Assembly (NCBI GenBank): GCA_043228905.1
Contig: JBHGNT010000014.1
Location: 16,368,001 to 16,432,000 of the forward strand
DNA length: 64,000 bases
Reading direction: 5' to 3'
Source: Azolla caroliniana
Lineage: Eukaryota > Plantae > Polypodiophyta
Under the pieces are notes generated by a model. It was not told where the DNA came from, did no database searches, and was given only the letters and a program-made list of their open reading frames with translations. A program made the position numbers and the translations under genes. Shown in pieces: positions 1 to 11,868 of this stretch. Position 1 is the first letter of the stretch; each line of letters opens with the position of its first letter.

Positions 1-130
1 CTGGTGTTGAACCGAATGAGTTGTGATGAATGAATAGACACCTATTTATAGGTCCTTATGGAGTATTCAACAAGACTTCTTGGGCTCGAATCCTTGTAAG
101 GCCAAAATGTATGTCGTCATGACAACAACA
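1..130 (-). mobile_element. Probable 5' (U3) end of an LTR on the minus strand, running off the left edge
   Basis: Minus strand reads TGTTGTTGTCATGACG from 130, with TATAAATAGG at 50-41. Not similar to the 3' LTR of copia A; the other end is outside the window. Confidence 0.4.
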
Positions 131-1491
131 AGTATCTGAAACCAAACCGACTCGGGTTCAGGACCGACTAGAACGATATCGGGTGAGCTGACCGGCTGCA
201 CCCCACTAAGCTTCCTAGTCAACTCTGAACAGAGTCTTACCAACCGAAACCGAATTAGATGGCATCAATATCCGGCTCATCGGAGATGAGTCTAAGGAGG
301 TTCGACGGCTCAAACTTCAACTTCTAGAAGGAACAAATGTAGGACTATCTCATAGTCAAGAGTCAGATAGACCCGATTGAGAATGAAAATCCTCAAGAAG
401 CATACAAGGCAAACGAGTGGCTAAAGCTGGACAGAATCGTCCGCACCATGATTCGGATGCACTTGTCAGAGTCAGTGTACTTCACAGTGCAATCATGCAC
501 TACAACTTTTGAACTTTGGAAAACACTGTCGGAAACTTATGAAAAGAAGGTCACCGCAACGAAGATGTATCTGATCCGGCGCCTCTACAACTTGCGGATG
601 AAAGAATCTGATTCGGTTCAGGCACACCTCAAGGAGTACGAAAGCATAAGCTCCCAAATCTCGTCTCAGGGTACGACAATCGAGGATGAACTCAGAGCAA
701 TGATACTCATGAGTAGCCTTCCCTCTTCATGGGAAACTTTCATTATAACCGTGTGCAATGCTTCAACGACTGCCGTTAAGTACTCCAAAGTCACGAGTGC
801 AATCCTGACTGAAGCAGCTCAGAGAAAGTCTTTCGCCAAAGACTCGGCAGATGAAGCTTACGTAGTACAAGGTTCGACCAACCGATCGAACAACTGGGGA
901 AGAAGTTCTTCCCGACCGTCGAACAATCAGCGAAGCCGAAGCAAGTCCCAAGACAACCGAATCTGCAACTACTGCAAGAAACCAGGACACATCAAAGTCG
1001 ACTGCCAAGCACTCAAAGCAAAAACCGACAAAGCTCAGAGAGCGGATTAGAAGAGTAGTCGGCATGAGGAGGTCAACTACGTCGGCTCTTCAACCGAAAT
1101 CTTGATGACCGACCCGAACATACAGTCCATAGAGAACCCAGTCGAATCAGAAGTTTTGCTTACGACTGAGGAATCAAGCACATGGCTCCTGGACTCGGGC
1201 ATATCGTATCATGTGACACCTCACCGATCTCGGTTTCGGCAAAACTCGGACCGGCACTCCGACTTAGTTCGAGTCGGAAACTCGCAACATTGTGCTATAA
1301 TCGGAATCGACACCGTAGAGCTCAACCTTCCAGGTGGCTCTACACTCGTACTACACAACGTCTGACACGTTCCTGAGCTTTCAAGACCCTTGATCTCAGT
1401 CGGACAACTTGACAAAGCCGGCATCCGTGCCGGGTTGTCATAAGGAGGGTGGACACTCCACAAAGGGAACCTCCTGCTTGCTCGAGGACTA

Positions 1492-2162
1492 TGTTGGGAA
1501 CTCGACGTTCCTTATGTCCGACGCTCGGCCACAACCGAGCTTCTTTTCATACACAGGAAAAACAGGTAATAAAACGCGACACAAAAGAGGAGAAATGGTG
1601 CACATGAGGTATACGTGGAAAACCCCAAAGTAGGGGAAAAAACCACGACAGACCACAAGCTGCAAACTGTCACTATGCAGAAATATACAACAGTGAGATC
1701 ACTGAGGCAACGACCTCGTGCTCTCAGATCTTCGCCACAGGCGGCGGTTACAACAGAGGCTACGACCTCGTCTCTCTCTCTCTCTCTGTCTCTGTACAGT
1801 TATGCGCTTTAGTTTCTTCTTGCACCAACAAGGAAGAATAATAATAACAACATAACTAAAAGTTTGCCCTAAGTCATATTTATACTAATATGACTTTTCG
1901 GCTATTTACAAATGTAGCCTTGATGGGCTTCATCCGGTTCTCCGCAGTCGGGTACTCCTCATCCGGTTCATATCGGGCCTACACCATCCGACTCTCTGCA
2001 GTCGGGTACTCCTCATCTGGTTCATACCGGGCCTACACCATCCGACTCTCCGAAGTCGGGTTCTCCCCATACCGTTTCGGCCTCGGCCTGTCGGCCTCGG
2101 TCGAGTTTGTTCGTCGGCACTGTTCTTCTCCCTTCCCATCCGGAGGGACCTGTTTACCAACA
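1492..2162 (-). repeat. 3' LTR of copia B (671 bp) with 54-bp tandem repeats at about 1931-2068
   Basis: Near-identical to 6250-6926 and directly preceded by the PPT on the minus strand. Confidence 0.97.
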
Positions 2163-2172
2163 AACTCCCCCT

Positions 2173-5100
2173 TCACTCCGGCATGGGGTGTCTTTCCAGC
2201 CCGATCCTCTTCCGGCATGCGTCCAACTTGTCGGGTGTCAGCACTTTGGTCAGCATATCGGACCCGTTCTCGGCCGTGTGGATCTTCGTTAGTGCGAACT
2301 CCTGGTCATCTACCCTTTCCCGGATCCAGTGATACCTCCGCTGGATATGCTTCGTCCGGGAATGGTAGGCCGCATTCTTAGCAAGGTGGATGGCACTTTG
2401 ACTGTCGCAGTAGAGTCGGTATTCCTATTGCCGGATACCGAGCTCTCCGATGAAGTCCTTCATCCATAATATTTCCTTGCCGGCTTCCACAACTGCCATG
2501 TACTCCGCCTCTGTGGTTGACAATGCAACCGTCTTCTGCAGCCTCGACTGCCACGAGACAGCTCCCCCTGCATATGTCATCACATACCCGGATGTAGACC
2601 GGCTGGTATCCACATTAGCCGACATGTCCGAATCGGTGAAACCGTCCAGTTGAGGTTTTCCGGTGCTGAATCGGAGACACATATTTGAAGTGCCCTTCAA
2701 ATACCGGAGTATCCACTTGACCGTGTTCCAATGCTCCTTGCCGGGATTGCTCATAAACCGTCTCACCACTCCGACTGCGTATCCAATATCCGGTCGGGTA
2801 CAAACCATTGCGTACATCAAGCTCCCGACGGCAGAGGCATATGGAATCTTCATCATATCTGCCTTCTCTCCTTTTGTCTTCGGGCTTTGCTTGCCGGACA
2901 ACCTGCAGTTTACCGGAAGTGTCGATCCGACCGGTTTTGCATCTGACATGTTGAACCGGTGAAGCACCTTTGTCACATACTTCTCCTGTGACAGCCATAG
3001 TTGCTTCACTGACCGGTCCCGAATGATGTGCATCCCCAACATCTGTCTTGTCGGACCCAGGTCTTTCATTGAGAAGGTCCGGTTGAGAGCCTTCTTCAGC
3101 ATCCGTATTTTGCCTTGGTCTCGTCCGACGATCAACATGTCATCCACGTACAGGAGGAGTATCAGGAAGTCCCCTCCTTCGAACTTCTTCACAAACACGC
3201 AGTGATCGGCCTGCGTCTTGTGGTACCCTTGATCGGTCATGAAGGAGTCGAATTTCCGATACCATTGCCGGGGAGCCTGCTTCAGTCCGTACAGGCTCTT
3301 CTTCAACCGGCATACCAGGTGCTCCTTCCCTTTCTCCACAAATCCTTCCGGTTGCTGCATGTAGATTTCCTCTTCGAGGTCGCCGTGGAGGAATGCCGTC
3401 TTCACGTCCAGCTGCTCTACCTCGAGATCCATGCTTGCTGCTATACTCAGCACCGTCCGGATGGAGGTCATCTTTACTACCGGGGCGAAAATTTTGTCGA
3501 AGTCCACGCCCTTCTTCTGCTGGAACCCCTTCACCACGATCCTGGCTTTGTATCTCGGGGGGTTGCCGGCATCTCCCGGTTTCAACTTGAACACCCACTT
3601 GTTTCGGAGTGCCCGCTTTCCTTTCGGCAGCTCCACCAATTCGTACGTATGGTTCTCATGCAGGGAATCCATCTCATCCTGCATGGCACTTAACCATTTT
3701 CGGCTATGGGCGTCAACCTTCGCTTCTTCGAAGCTTTCCGGCTCCCCCTCATCAGTCAGCAGGACATGCTCTGCATCCGGAAATCTCCGGGGCGCCCTTC
3801 TCTCTTTGAGAGGATATCTACGTCTTCGGGCTTCGGTAATCGGTTCCTCCATTTGCTCTTCATCCGAATCCGATTCGGGGTCTTGACCGGTTCCGGTCTC
3901 AGCTTCCTCTACTTCTTCTTCTGCCGGTTCGGTATCCTTTCCGTAACCGGCTGGTTCCTCGAGTGCTAACCGGTCTCTTGCCGGTTGGGTCTGCTCATTG
4001 CCGGTCGACTCGGAGTTCACTATCTTCTTCTCCGACTCCCAGTCGGCGAGCGTCTTGTCCTCCATGAAGATAATATCTCGACTCCGGAATACCTTCTCGT
4101 CGACCGGGTCCCACACTCGATAGCCGAACTCATCGTCACCGTAACCGAGGAATATGCATGGCCGGGTCTTTGGATCTAGCTTTCCTCTCCGGTCCTTTGC
4201 TACATGCACGTACGCGAGACACCCGAACACCCTTAGATGCCGGTAGGACACTTCCTTACCGGTCCATACTCTCTGTGGCGTGTCTCCGTCCAGGGGTACT
4301 GAGGGTGATCTGTTTATCACATATGTCGCCGTCGACAGTGCCTCAGCCCAAAACTTCTTGGGTAGTTTTGCATGTGCTAGCATACTCCGGACCCTCTCCA
4401 TTATGGTCCGGTTCATCCTCTCGGCCAGTCCGTTTAGTTCCGGCGTCTTCGGCACGGTAAATTCGAGCCGGATTCCCTTCGAGCGGCAGTACTCCTCGAA
4501 CTGCCCCCGGTACTCACCTCCGTTATCTGCTCGAACCGCCTTCAGCTTCCGGCCGGTTTCTCTTTCCACTCTCGCGTGGAGCTCTTTGAAGACGGATAAC
4601 ACCTGATCCTTCGTCTTCAGCGGTGTGGCCCACAACTTCCGGCTGTGGTCATCTATGAACGTCACGAAGTACTGCGCTCCGGCATGTGACTTCGTGTCTA
4701 CTTGACAGACATCCGTATGCACCAACTCCAGTGGTGCATTACATCTCATCGGTGGCCTTGGTCGGAAGGAGGTCCGGTTCTGCTTACCGGCCAGACAATC
4801 AGTGCACTTCTCTAAGTGCACGTTCTTCACTGGAATGAGGTTGTCGTCTCCAAGCCTCTTCATCCCCTTCTCACTCATGTGGCATAGCCTCTTGTGCCAC
4901 AACTCACCGGCAGTGTCGGAAGCCACGTTCACTTCTTCCGGACATAACCGGGCATTCATCAGGTACAGTGTGCTTACCTTCCGGGCCCGAGCCACAATCA
5001 GGCTCCCTTTGCTGAACTTCATGACACCGTTCCGGATGCTACCCGTGTAGCCTTCATCATCTAGCCGACCGGCTGATATCAGATTCAGACGAACTTCCGG

Positions 5101-6219
5101 AACGTGTCGGACATCTTTCAACAGCAACTTACATCCGGTTGGTGTTGTCAGCCACACGTCTCCTATGCCGACAATTCGGCATGTTCCTTCATTCCCCATC
5201 CGGACACAGCCGTGATCACCGGCTGAGTAGGATGAGAAGCATTTCCGGTCCGGGGTAAGGTGGAACGACGCTCCGGAGTCTACCACCCAGGTCATCTCGT
5301 CGCCGGCATGGTTTATCTCACTCTCCTCGGTGATGAGCATCAACTCCTCTTCACTTGCTGCAATTGCCGTCGTTCCCTTCCGGTCTGGCCCCCTCCGATC
5401 TTTACCGTTCCGGTCTGTACCGTTCCGGTTCGGGGTTTGCTTCGAATCGGTATCGTCGGTTTCCTTGTCTTTACGGAAATGCCGACAGTTCTTTTGGAAG
5501 TGTCCCGGCTTGCCGCAATAGAAGCAAGTCGGCCTCCCCCTTGACTTTGATCGTGTCCCCGACTTCTCCCGGTTCTGGGGACTACGGTTTCTCTGTCTTC
5601 CGCGTTCCGATTCGGTAAGGAGCGCTTTGGAGTCGGAGCTCGTATCTTTGTCTTTCCAACGAGCCTCCTCATCTAGCAAGCTCGATTTTACTCTTGCTAG
5701 GGATAGCCGTTTTCCTTCCGGCCCGGCGTTGCCCAAAGTAACAACTAACGTCTCCCAGCTATCCGGGAGGGAACCGAGCAGGAGTAGAGCTAGGACCTCA
5801 TCGGCAAGAGGTACTTCCAATGACGTTGCCTGGTGAATCAGCCCCTGGAAGGCATTCATATGCTCCGCCATGCTGGAGCCATCTTGGTACCGGAGTCTTA
5901 CAAGCTTCCGGAATACCGACGCCTGATTGACAACATTTTTGTTCTGGAACATTGTGCCGATCTTCTCCCAGAGCTCATGAGCCTTACTCTCTTCATTGAA
6001 GTTGTTGTACAGGCTCATGTCGATGAAGCACCGTATGTACGCCGTTGTCTTCATGTGCATCACCTCCCATATCGCGGCGTCGATTTTGTCCGGTCTCTTG
6101 TCCCCGAACTGAACCGGCAGCCAGAGGTCTTTAACCACGAGCATGTCCCTCATCTTCGACTTCCACACTGAATAGTTGGAGCCGGTGAGCTTGAACATGC
6201 CGCCAAACGATTCGTCCAT
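2173..6219 (-). pseudogene. gag-pol polyprotein of copia B (1349 codons) with one in-frame TAG at 2427-2425 in RNase H
   Basis: ATG at 6219 (MDESFGG) just after the PBS; CFYCGKPGHFQKNC, WVVDSGAS, HTDV..RADNGGEY, YVDDML. After the TAG the frame continues EYRLYCDSQSAIHLAKN..KHIQRRYHW to TGA at 2175-2173. Confidence 0.95.
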
Positions 6220-6249
6220 TTTCTGTGTCGATTTTGCTCTGATACCAAT

Positions 6250-6528
6250 TGTTGGGAACTCGACGTTCCTTATGTCTGACGCTCGGCCACAACCGAGCTT
6301 CTTTTCATACACAGGAAAAACAGGTAATAAAACGCGACACAAAAGAGGAGAAATGGTGCACATGAGGTATACGTGGAAAACCCCAAAGTAGGGGAAAAAA
6401 CCACGGCAGCCCACAAGCTTCAAACTGTCACTATGCAGAAATATACAACAGTGAGATCACTGAGGCAACGACCTCGTGCTCTCAGATCTTCGCCACAGGC
6501 GGCGGTTACAACAGAGGCTACGACCTCG

Positions 6529-6560
<32 letters not shown>

Positions 6561-6926
6561 CAGTTATGCGCTCTAGTTTCTTCTTGCACCAACAAGGAAG
6601 AATAATAATAACAACATAACTAAAAGTTTGCCCTAAGTCATATTTATACTAATATGACTTTTCGGCTATTTACAAATGTAGCCTTGATGGGCTTCATCCG
6701 GTTCTCCGCAGTCGGGTACTCCTCATCCGGTTCATACCGGGCCTACACCATCCGACTCTCTGCAGTCGGGTACTCCTCATCTGGTTCATACCGGGCCTAC
6801 ACCATCCGACTCTCCGAAGTCGGGTTCTCCCCATACCGTTTCGGCCTCGGCCTGTCGGCCTCGGTCGAGTTTGTTCGTCGGCACTGTTCTTCTCCCTTCC
6901 CATCCGGAGGGACCTGTTTACCAACA
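6250..6926 (-). repeat. 5' LTR of copia B (677 bp)
   Basis: Followed on the minus strand by the PBS. Differs from the 3' LTR by roughly 7 substitutions (manual count) and a 6-bp (CT)n length change. Confidence 0.97.
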
Positions 6927-8895
6927 GACTAAAGGTACACTCTCTATACCCTTTATATGTCACACTCAAAGAGGGTGAGTTATTTCTGGTTGATATCCCC
7001 ATGTCATCTTTATGGCACGGACAACTTGGACACCTCAGCAAGGATGGCATAACGCATCTATCCAGAGCCGGTTACATCCCCAAACTCTCCTTCTCGGATC
7101 ACCAATTCTGCGAGCATTGCTAGTACAACAAACAGGTAGCCGTATCACACCCGACATCAGCACCAAGAGAATCAAGTCCTCTCGATTTGGTCCACTCGGA
7201 CGTTTGTGGCCCGATGCCACGTTAGTCTCTTGGCGGTGCTTCGTACTTCGTCAGTTTCATTGACGACTCGACTCGGAAGGTGTGGGCCTACCCCATTAGA
7301 ACCAAAGATCGGGTGTTCGTCAAATTTTGTCGGGGATGCGGCATTCGACGTGAATACACAGCACCTTAGAGTCCGAAGCAGAATGGAATTGCAGAACGCA
7401 TGAATCGGACGATTCAAGAACGCGTAGTATCCATGCTCCAACACTTCGGACTGTCGGATGGCTTTTGGGCGGAGGCTCTATTTACGGCAGTACACATCAT
7501 CAATATGTCGCCAAGTAGACCTATAGGACTTAAAATACCTCAAGAAATATGGAGCGGTAGTAAGCCGAATTATGACAAGCTGAGGATCTTCGGCTGCGAG
7601 GCGTATGCCCTCATATCGAAAGACGACCGCCGGAAACTCGAACCAAGATCAAGGAAATGTGTTTTCCTTGGATATGGACCCGACGGCGAGATCGGATACC
7701 GAATCTGGGACCTCGAGCACAGACAAATCATCCGAAGTTCGGACATCGTGTTCAACGAGTCGGCTATGCATAAAACGACCGAAAGGCCTATTGAAGTTCG
7801 AAGGGTAATATTCTACGAAGTGCCAACCCTTCATGAAGGCCCGACCCACAACACGAGATGAGTTTCACGGGTAACCGACACCTCCCACACTGAATCCACC
7901 GATTCAACACAACCGAGTGACTCGACTTCCGACCATCCGACATCTACACCCGGTGCGACCAGTCCAGTGATACCTCGAAGATCCGAGAGACTGTTGCAAC
8001 CTCCGGAAAGGTACTTTCCCAGAATTGTCTTTACCGACGCTGGCGAATCGACGTCTTACGAAGAAGCATCGACATCTACCGTCAGAAATGCACTCCATTC
8101 GCGCAAATAAGACTTGGGACTTGGTCGAATTACCGAAGAATCGACGTGCTCTTCCGTGTAAGTGGGTCTATCGACTAAAAGGGACGTCTGACTCGACCAA
8201 CCCAAAGTCCAAGGCCAAATTAGTTGCGAAGGGATTTCGACAAGAATATGGCGTCGACTTTGACGAAATCTTTTCACCAGTGGTGAAAATGACAACCCTT
8301 CGTTTCATGCTCGACGTCGTGGCTGCCGACAACTTGGAGCTGATTCAACTAGATGTAAAAACGGCATTCCTCCACAGTGACCTACAGGAGGAAATCTATA
8401 TGGAGCAGTCAAAAGGCTTTGTGGCATTCGGTCAGGAACATCTAGTTTGTCGACTCAGGAAGAGTCTCTACGGCCTGGTGGTACAAGAAGTTCGACGATT
8501 TCATCCAGTCGGTCGGCTTCTCCAAGAGCGATGAGGACCATTGTCTCTTCACCAAAACGGCTTAAGATGGGTCTCCCGTCTTCCTCATCATTTACGTGGA
8601 CGACATGCTACTCTCCAGCCGACATGCCGAAGAGCTCACCGAGCTTGTTCGAAAATTGCGGTTGAAGTTTGCCATGAAGGATCTTGGTCCGGCAAGACAC
8701 ATACTTGGTATGAAGATTAGTCGGCATCGCGATAAATGACAACTTTTCCTGTCTCAAACTGACTACATCAGACGTGTCCTAGAACGCTTCAACATGCACT
8801 CGACCAAGTCTGCTTCGACCCCGATCCCCATTAACCTTCAGCTGTCTCAACGAGACTGCCCAACATCCGGTCTGGAGGGGGAAGATATGAAGTCG

Positions 8896-9544
8896 TGACA
8901 GGAACTACACACTCCCCTTGAACAACGCTCGCCACAACCAAGCTTAGAATCAAACACAGAAAACGGGAATGAATGCACGACACAATAGAGAGAAGAGTAC
9001 ACAGGATGTTAACGTGCAAAACCCAAACTAGGGAAAAACCACGGCAACCCACAGACTGAAAACAATCACTATATCACAATGTACAATGATAAAGCACTGA
9101 GGCAACGACCTCGAGCTTGCTATCTTCGCCACAGGCGGCGGTTACAATAGAGGCAACGACCTCTTCCTCTCTCTCTCTCTCTGTACACTGTTACTAGCTC
9201 TAATCTTGCACCAACAACACACCCTTACTACTAAGTTTGCCCTAAGTCATATTTATACTAATATGACTTTTCGGCTATTTACAAATATAGCCCCGATGGA
9301 CTCTCAGAAACATATTTACGAATATGTCCCTTCATCCGGTGAGCACTCCTCACCGGGCCTGCATCATCCGGCGCTTGCCGAGCACACGTCATCCGGTTCT
9401 CACCAGGTCTTCCGTTGTCGGGTACTCTTCATCCGGTTCTCACCGGGTCTTCCGTAGCCAGGTACTCTTCATTCGGTTTCGACCGAGTTTGCTCATCATC
9501 ACTGTTCTTTTCACTTCCCATCCGGAGGGACTTGTTTCCTAACA
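8896..9544 (-). mobile_element. Solo LTR related to the copia B LTR, inserted in the RT/RNase H linker of copia A
   Basis: TG...CA ends, TSD AGTCG/AGTCA (8891-8895 and 9545-9549), host frame rejoins as MKSVPY. Shares blocks such as AAGTTTGCCCTAAGTCATATTTATACTAATATGACTTTTCGGCTATTTACAAAT with the B LTR. Confidence 0.92.
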
Positions 9545-10406
9545 AGTCAGTACCATATGCACTGGCAGTTGGCTCCCTTATGTACGCAATGGTCACGACA
9601 CGGCCTGATATTTCTCACGTTGTAGGAGTCGTCAACAGATTCATTCACAACCCAGGCCGATCGCACTGGAACGCATTTCAGCATGTGTTCACATATCTAG
9701 GTGGCACAAAAGACCACGACATTCTTTTTGGCCCGAACTCAACCTCAGGCGTAGTCGGTTACACCGACTTGGACTTTGCCGGTTGCGTGGACAGTCGGAA
9801 ATCAACAACCGGATATTGTTTCAAATTCGGCAATGGAGCAATCTCGTGGAAGTCGAAACTTCAAGAGTGCACAACCACCTCAATGACCGAAGCAGAATAT
9901 GTAGTTACGTCCGACGCGGCAAAAGAAGCTTTATGGCTCAGTCGGCTAGCGCACACGTTTCGACAAGTCGACCTCGACTCGGCTCCAGTTGTCTACAGCG
10001 ACATTCAAGATGTTCCGGTTCACCACAATGCCTCCAAGCATATCGACGTTCAATATCACTTTGTTCGGGACTGCGTCATTTTAGGGAAAATCGGTCTCGA
10101 GAAGATATCCACAACCAATAATGTCGTAGATGGAATGACCAAGTGTCTTTCGGCGGATCGCTTCCGGTCCCTTCAGCACCAGATGGGCGTAATGAAAAAT
10201 CAGTCTAGTTAAAGTCACAACATAGGATGGTTTCGGAGAATCGACATCGGTCCTTTGAGGATCGACTTCAGCTCTTCCAACCTGATCAGTTCGGTCTTCT
10301 GTCTTCAGATCTTGCCAACTCTAACAAAATCGATCTGTCTGATAAACCTTGTATATACCTGTAATTTTAGATAATACGCCCTGTGTATACGCCCATTACA
10401 AGGGAG

Positions 10407-10719
10407 TGTCGAATACGAGTGTATAATGGCCATATTCACACCGTCCCTTTGGACAACCCAAGTTTGGGCTATTTCTGTAAATAGCATAAAGGGCAGTTGC
10501 CCTAGGATAGTCACTATATAAAGTGACTTTGTAACCCTTAGTTGGAGTTGTTTCTTTGCCATTCTTGTAACTGTTAATATTGAGAAATAAAGTCGTCTTC
10601 TTTTTGCCTATCTCTCTCTCTCTCTATATATATATATATCTTGTTTCACTCTCATACACAGGTCCTTCAACATTACAAATGTTGTTTGTTCTTCCGCACT
10701 GACGGCCTTATCCCCAACA
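10407..10719 (+). repeat. 3' LTR of copia A (about 313 bp)
   Basis: Follows the purine tract AAGGGAG, starts TGTCG, contains CTATATAAAG and ends CCCCAACA. Confidence 0.75.
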
Positions 10720-11673
10720 ATAAGGTTCTCTAAAGGAAAGGAGGAATCAAGAGAGGAGAGATGAGCTTGAACATGTCAGGAGTAGATCTCAGCGAGCTCA
10801 TGTGTGAAATGTATTGTGGTATGATGGCTTGGTTGACTGGATTTGGTGGCGTTGGAGATATCGCATTTTAGCTCAAAGTATAAGAAGCGATGGTCCGCAC
10901 CGATAGGGCATGGGGCCACCCAGAAGGAGTTAATCATGTGGGTAGCTTCAGGACATCCTATTAGATAATAGCTTGTGCTAAACCATTATGTATGATCATA
11001 TGGTGCCGACTTCCAAGTTCGAGCAAATGATGACCAAAGCTTGTGGCGTTCGCACATTGGTCTTTGATGTATGTGTGATGCTTATGGCTAAAGGATCGGC
11101 ATTCACCATTTCTAGGTTTTTATACATTTGAAATATTGTGCATTGTCTGGATTGGGTTCTCGCATTGAAATCTTCTACGAGGAGAATTTCCCCTTGAGAA
11201 GAATATCAGATTATGTCATCCGATAAAGGTTCGTATGGAGAGGGTCCATGTAGCACTGCTTCATCAACTAGTCTCGCTACTCCAGCCATATTATAACCGG
11301 ATCCTTTTGAAGGAAAGTAACAAATGTTGATAAATATTGCCTAATCCATCCTAGTGAGGACTTTCACTCACATAAAAAGGGCTTCTGGGTCTGTCCTTAG
11401 TATTTCTATCCTATTATGTAGCTCTCTCCGAAACAATATTGCAACACCTCCAGATCCTCTACTAGTGTCTTGATGTGAGGCTTGCCTAAATACGGTCTCC
11501 CAACAAAAACCTTCAACTCGTGGGAGTCCTCTAGTTGGACTCTGGTGTGTTTCTACTACGAAAAGTATATCTGATACCTTTAAAATCTCATCTAGGTGGC
11601 CAGGGTGTGTCCAAAGTGCGCCCTTACAATTCCATAAACTCATTGTAATTTTATTTTTTGTCACGTGGGCCAT
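10720..11673 (-). mobile_element. Non-LTR retrotransposon (LINE) AP-endonuclease region, decayed and cut off by copia A
   Basis: SLWNCKG..ILFVVETH..GSGGVAIL (ORF 11368-11673), then EDFNART and GADHR, matching the APE motifs WN, ET, GDFN and SDH. Confidence 0.8.
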
Positions 11674-11700
11674 GCCTCATCAATTGGTAGTGCAATAATT

Positions 11701-11868
11701 TATTATCACTCGTCCGTCTCAGTAAAAGGTGTGATGCCCTTCTTTACGGACAGAGCGATCAATTATTATCACTCGTCCGTCTCAGTAAAAGGTGTGATGC
11801 CCTTCTTTACGGACAGAGCGATCAATTATTATCACTCGTCCATCTTGGTAAAGGCGTGATGCCCTTCT
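11701..11868. repeat. 63-bp tandem repeat, about 2.7 copies
   Basis: TATTATCACTCGTCC recurs at 11701, 11764 and 11827. Confidence 0.95.

Larger units (their letters stand above)
1492..6926 (-). mobile_element. Full-length Ty1/copia retrotransposon B
   Basis: TG...CA LTR pair, 5-bp TSD GACTA (1487-1491 and 6927-6931), tRNA-iMet PBS TGGTATCAGAGC (6247-6236), PPT AAGGGGGAGTT (2173-2163). Confidence 0.98.
259..10212 (+). pseudogene. gag-pol pseudogene of copia A
   Basis: ATG at 259 is in frame with ORF 448-1050 (MASISGSSEMSLRRFDGSNFNF*KEQM*DYL). Many TAG/TGA stops and frameshifts, plus a deletion in the integrase core near 7315 where the usual RSDNGGEF motif is absent. Confidence 0.88.
131..10719 (+). 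mobile_element. Decayed Ty1/copia retrotransposon A (5' LTR not in window), host to copia B and a solo LTR
   Basis: Order gag (CNYCKKPGHIKVDC), protease (WLLDSG), integrase (MNRTIQERV..FWAEA), RT (QLDVKTAFLH, IYVDDML), RNase H (ISWKSKLQ, KHIDVQYHFVR). The reading frame rejoins across both insertions. Confidence 0.92.

Noticed and set aside
1890-2381. 163-aa ORF with SAVGYSSSGSYRAYTIRL repeats
   Set aside because: It is an antisense translation of the 54-bp LTR repeats.
6220-6423. N-terminal extension of the 1332-aa ORF (MKLVGCRG...)
   Set aside because: It lies in the LTR/PBS; the plausible start is ATG 6219.
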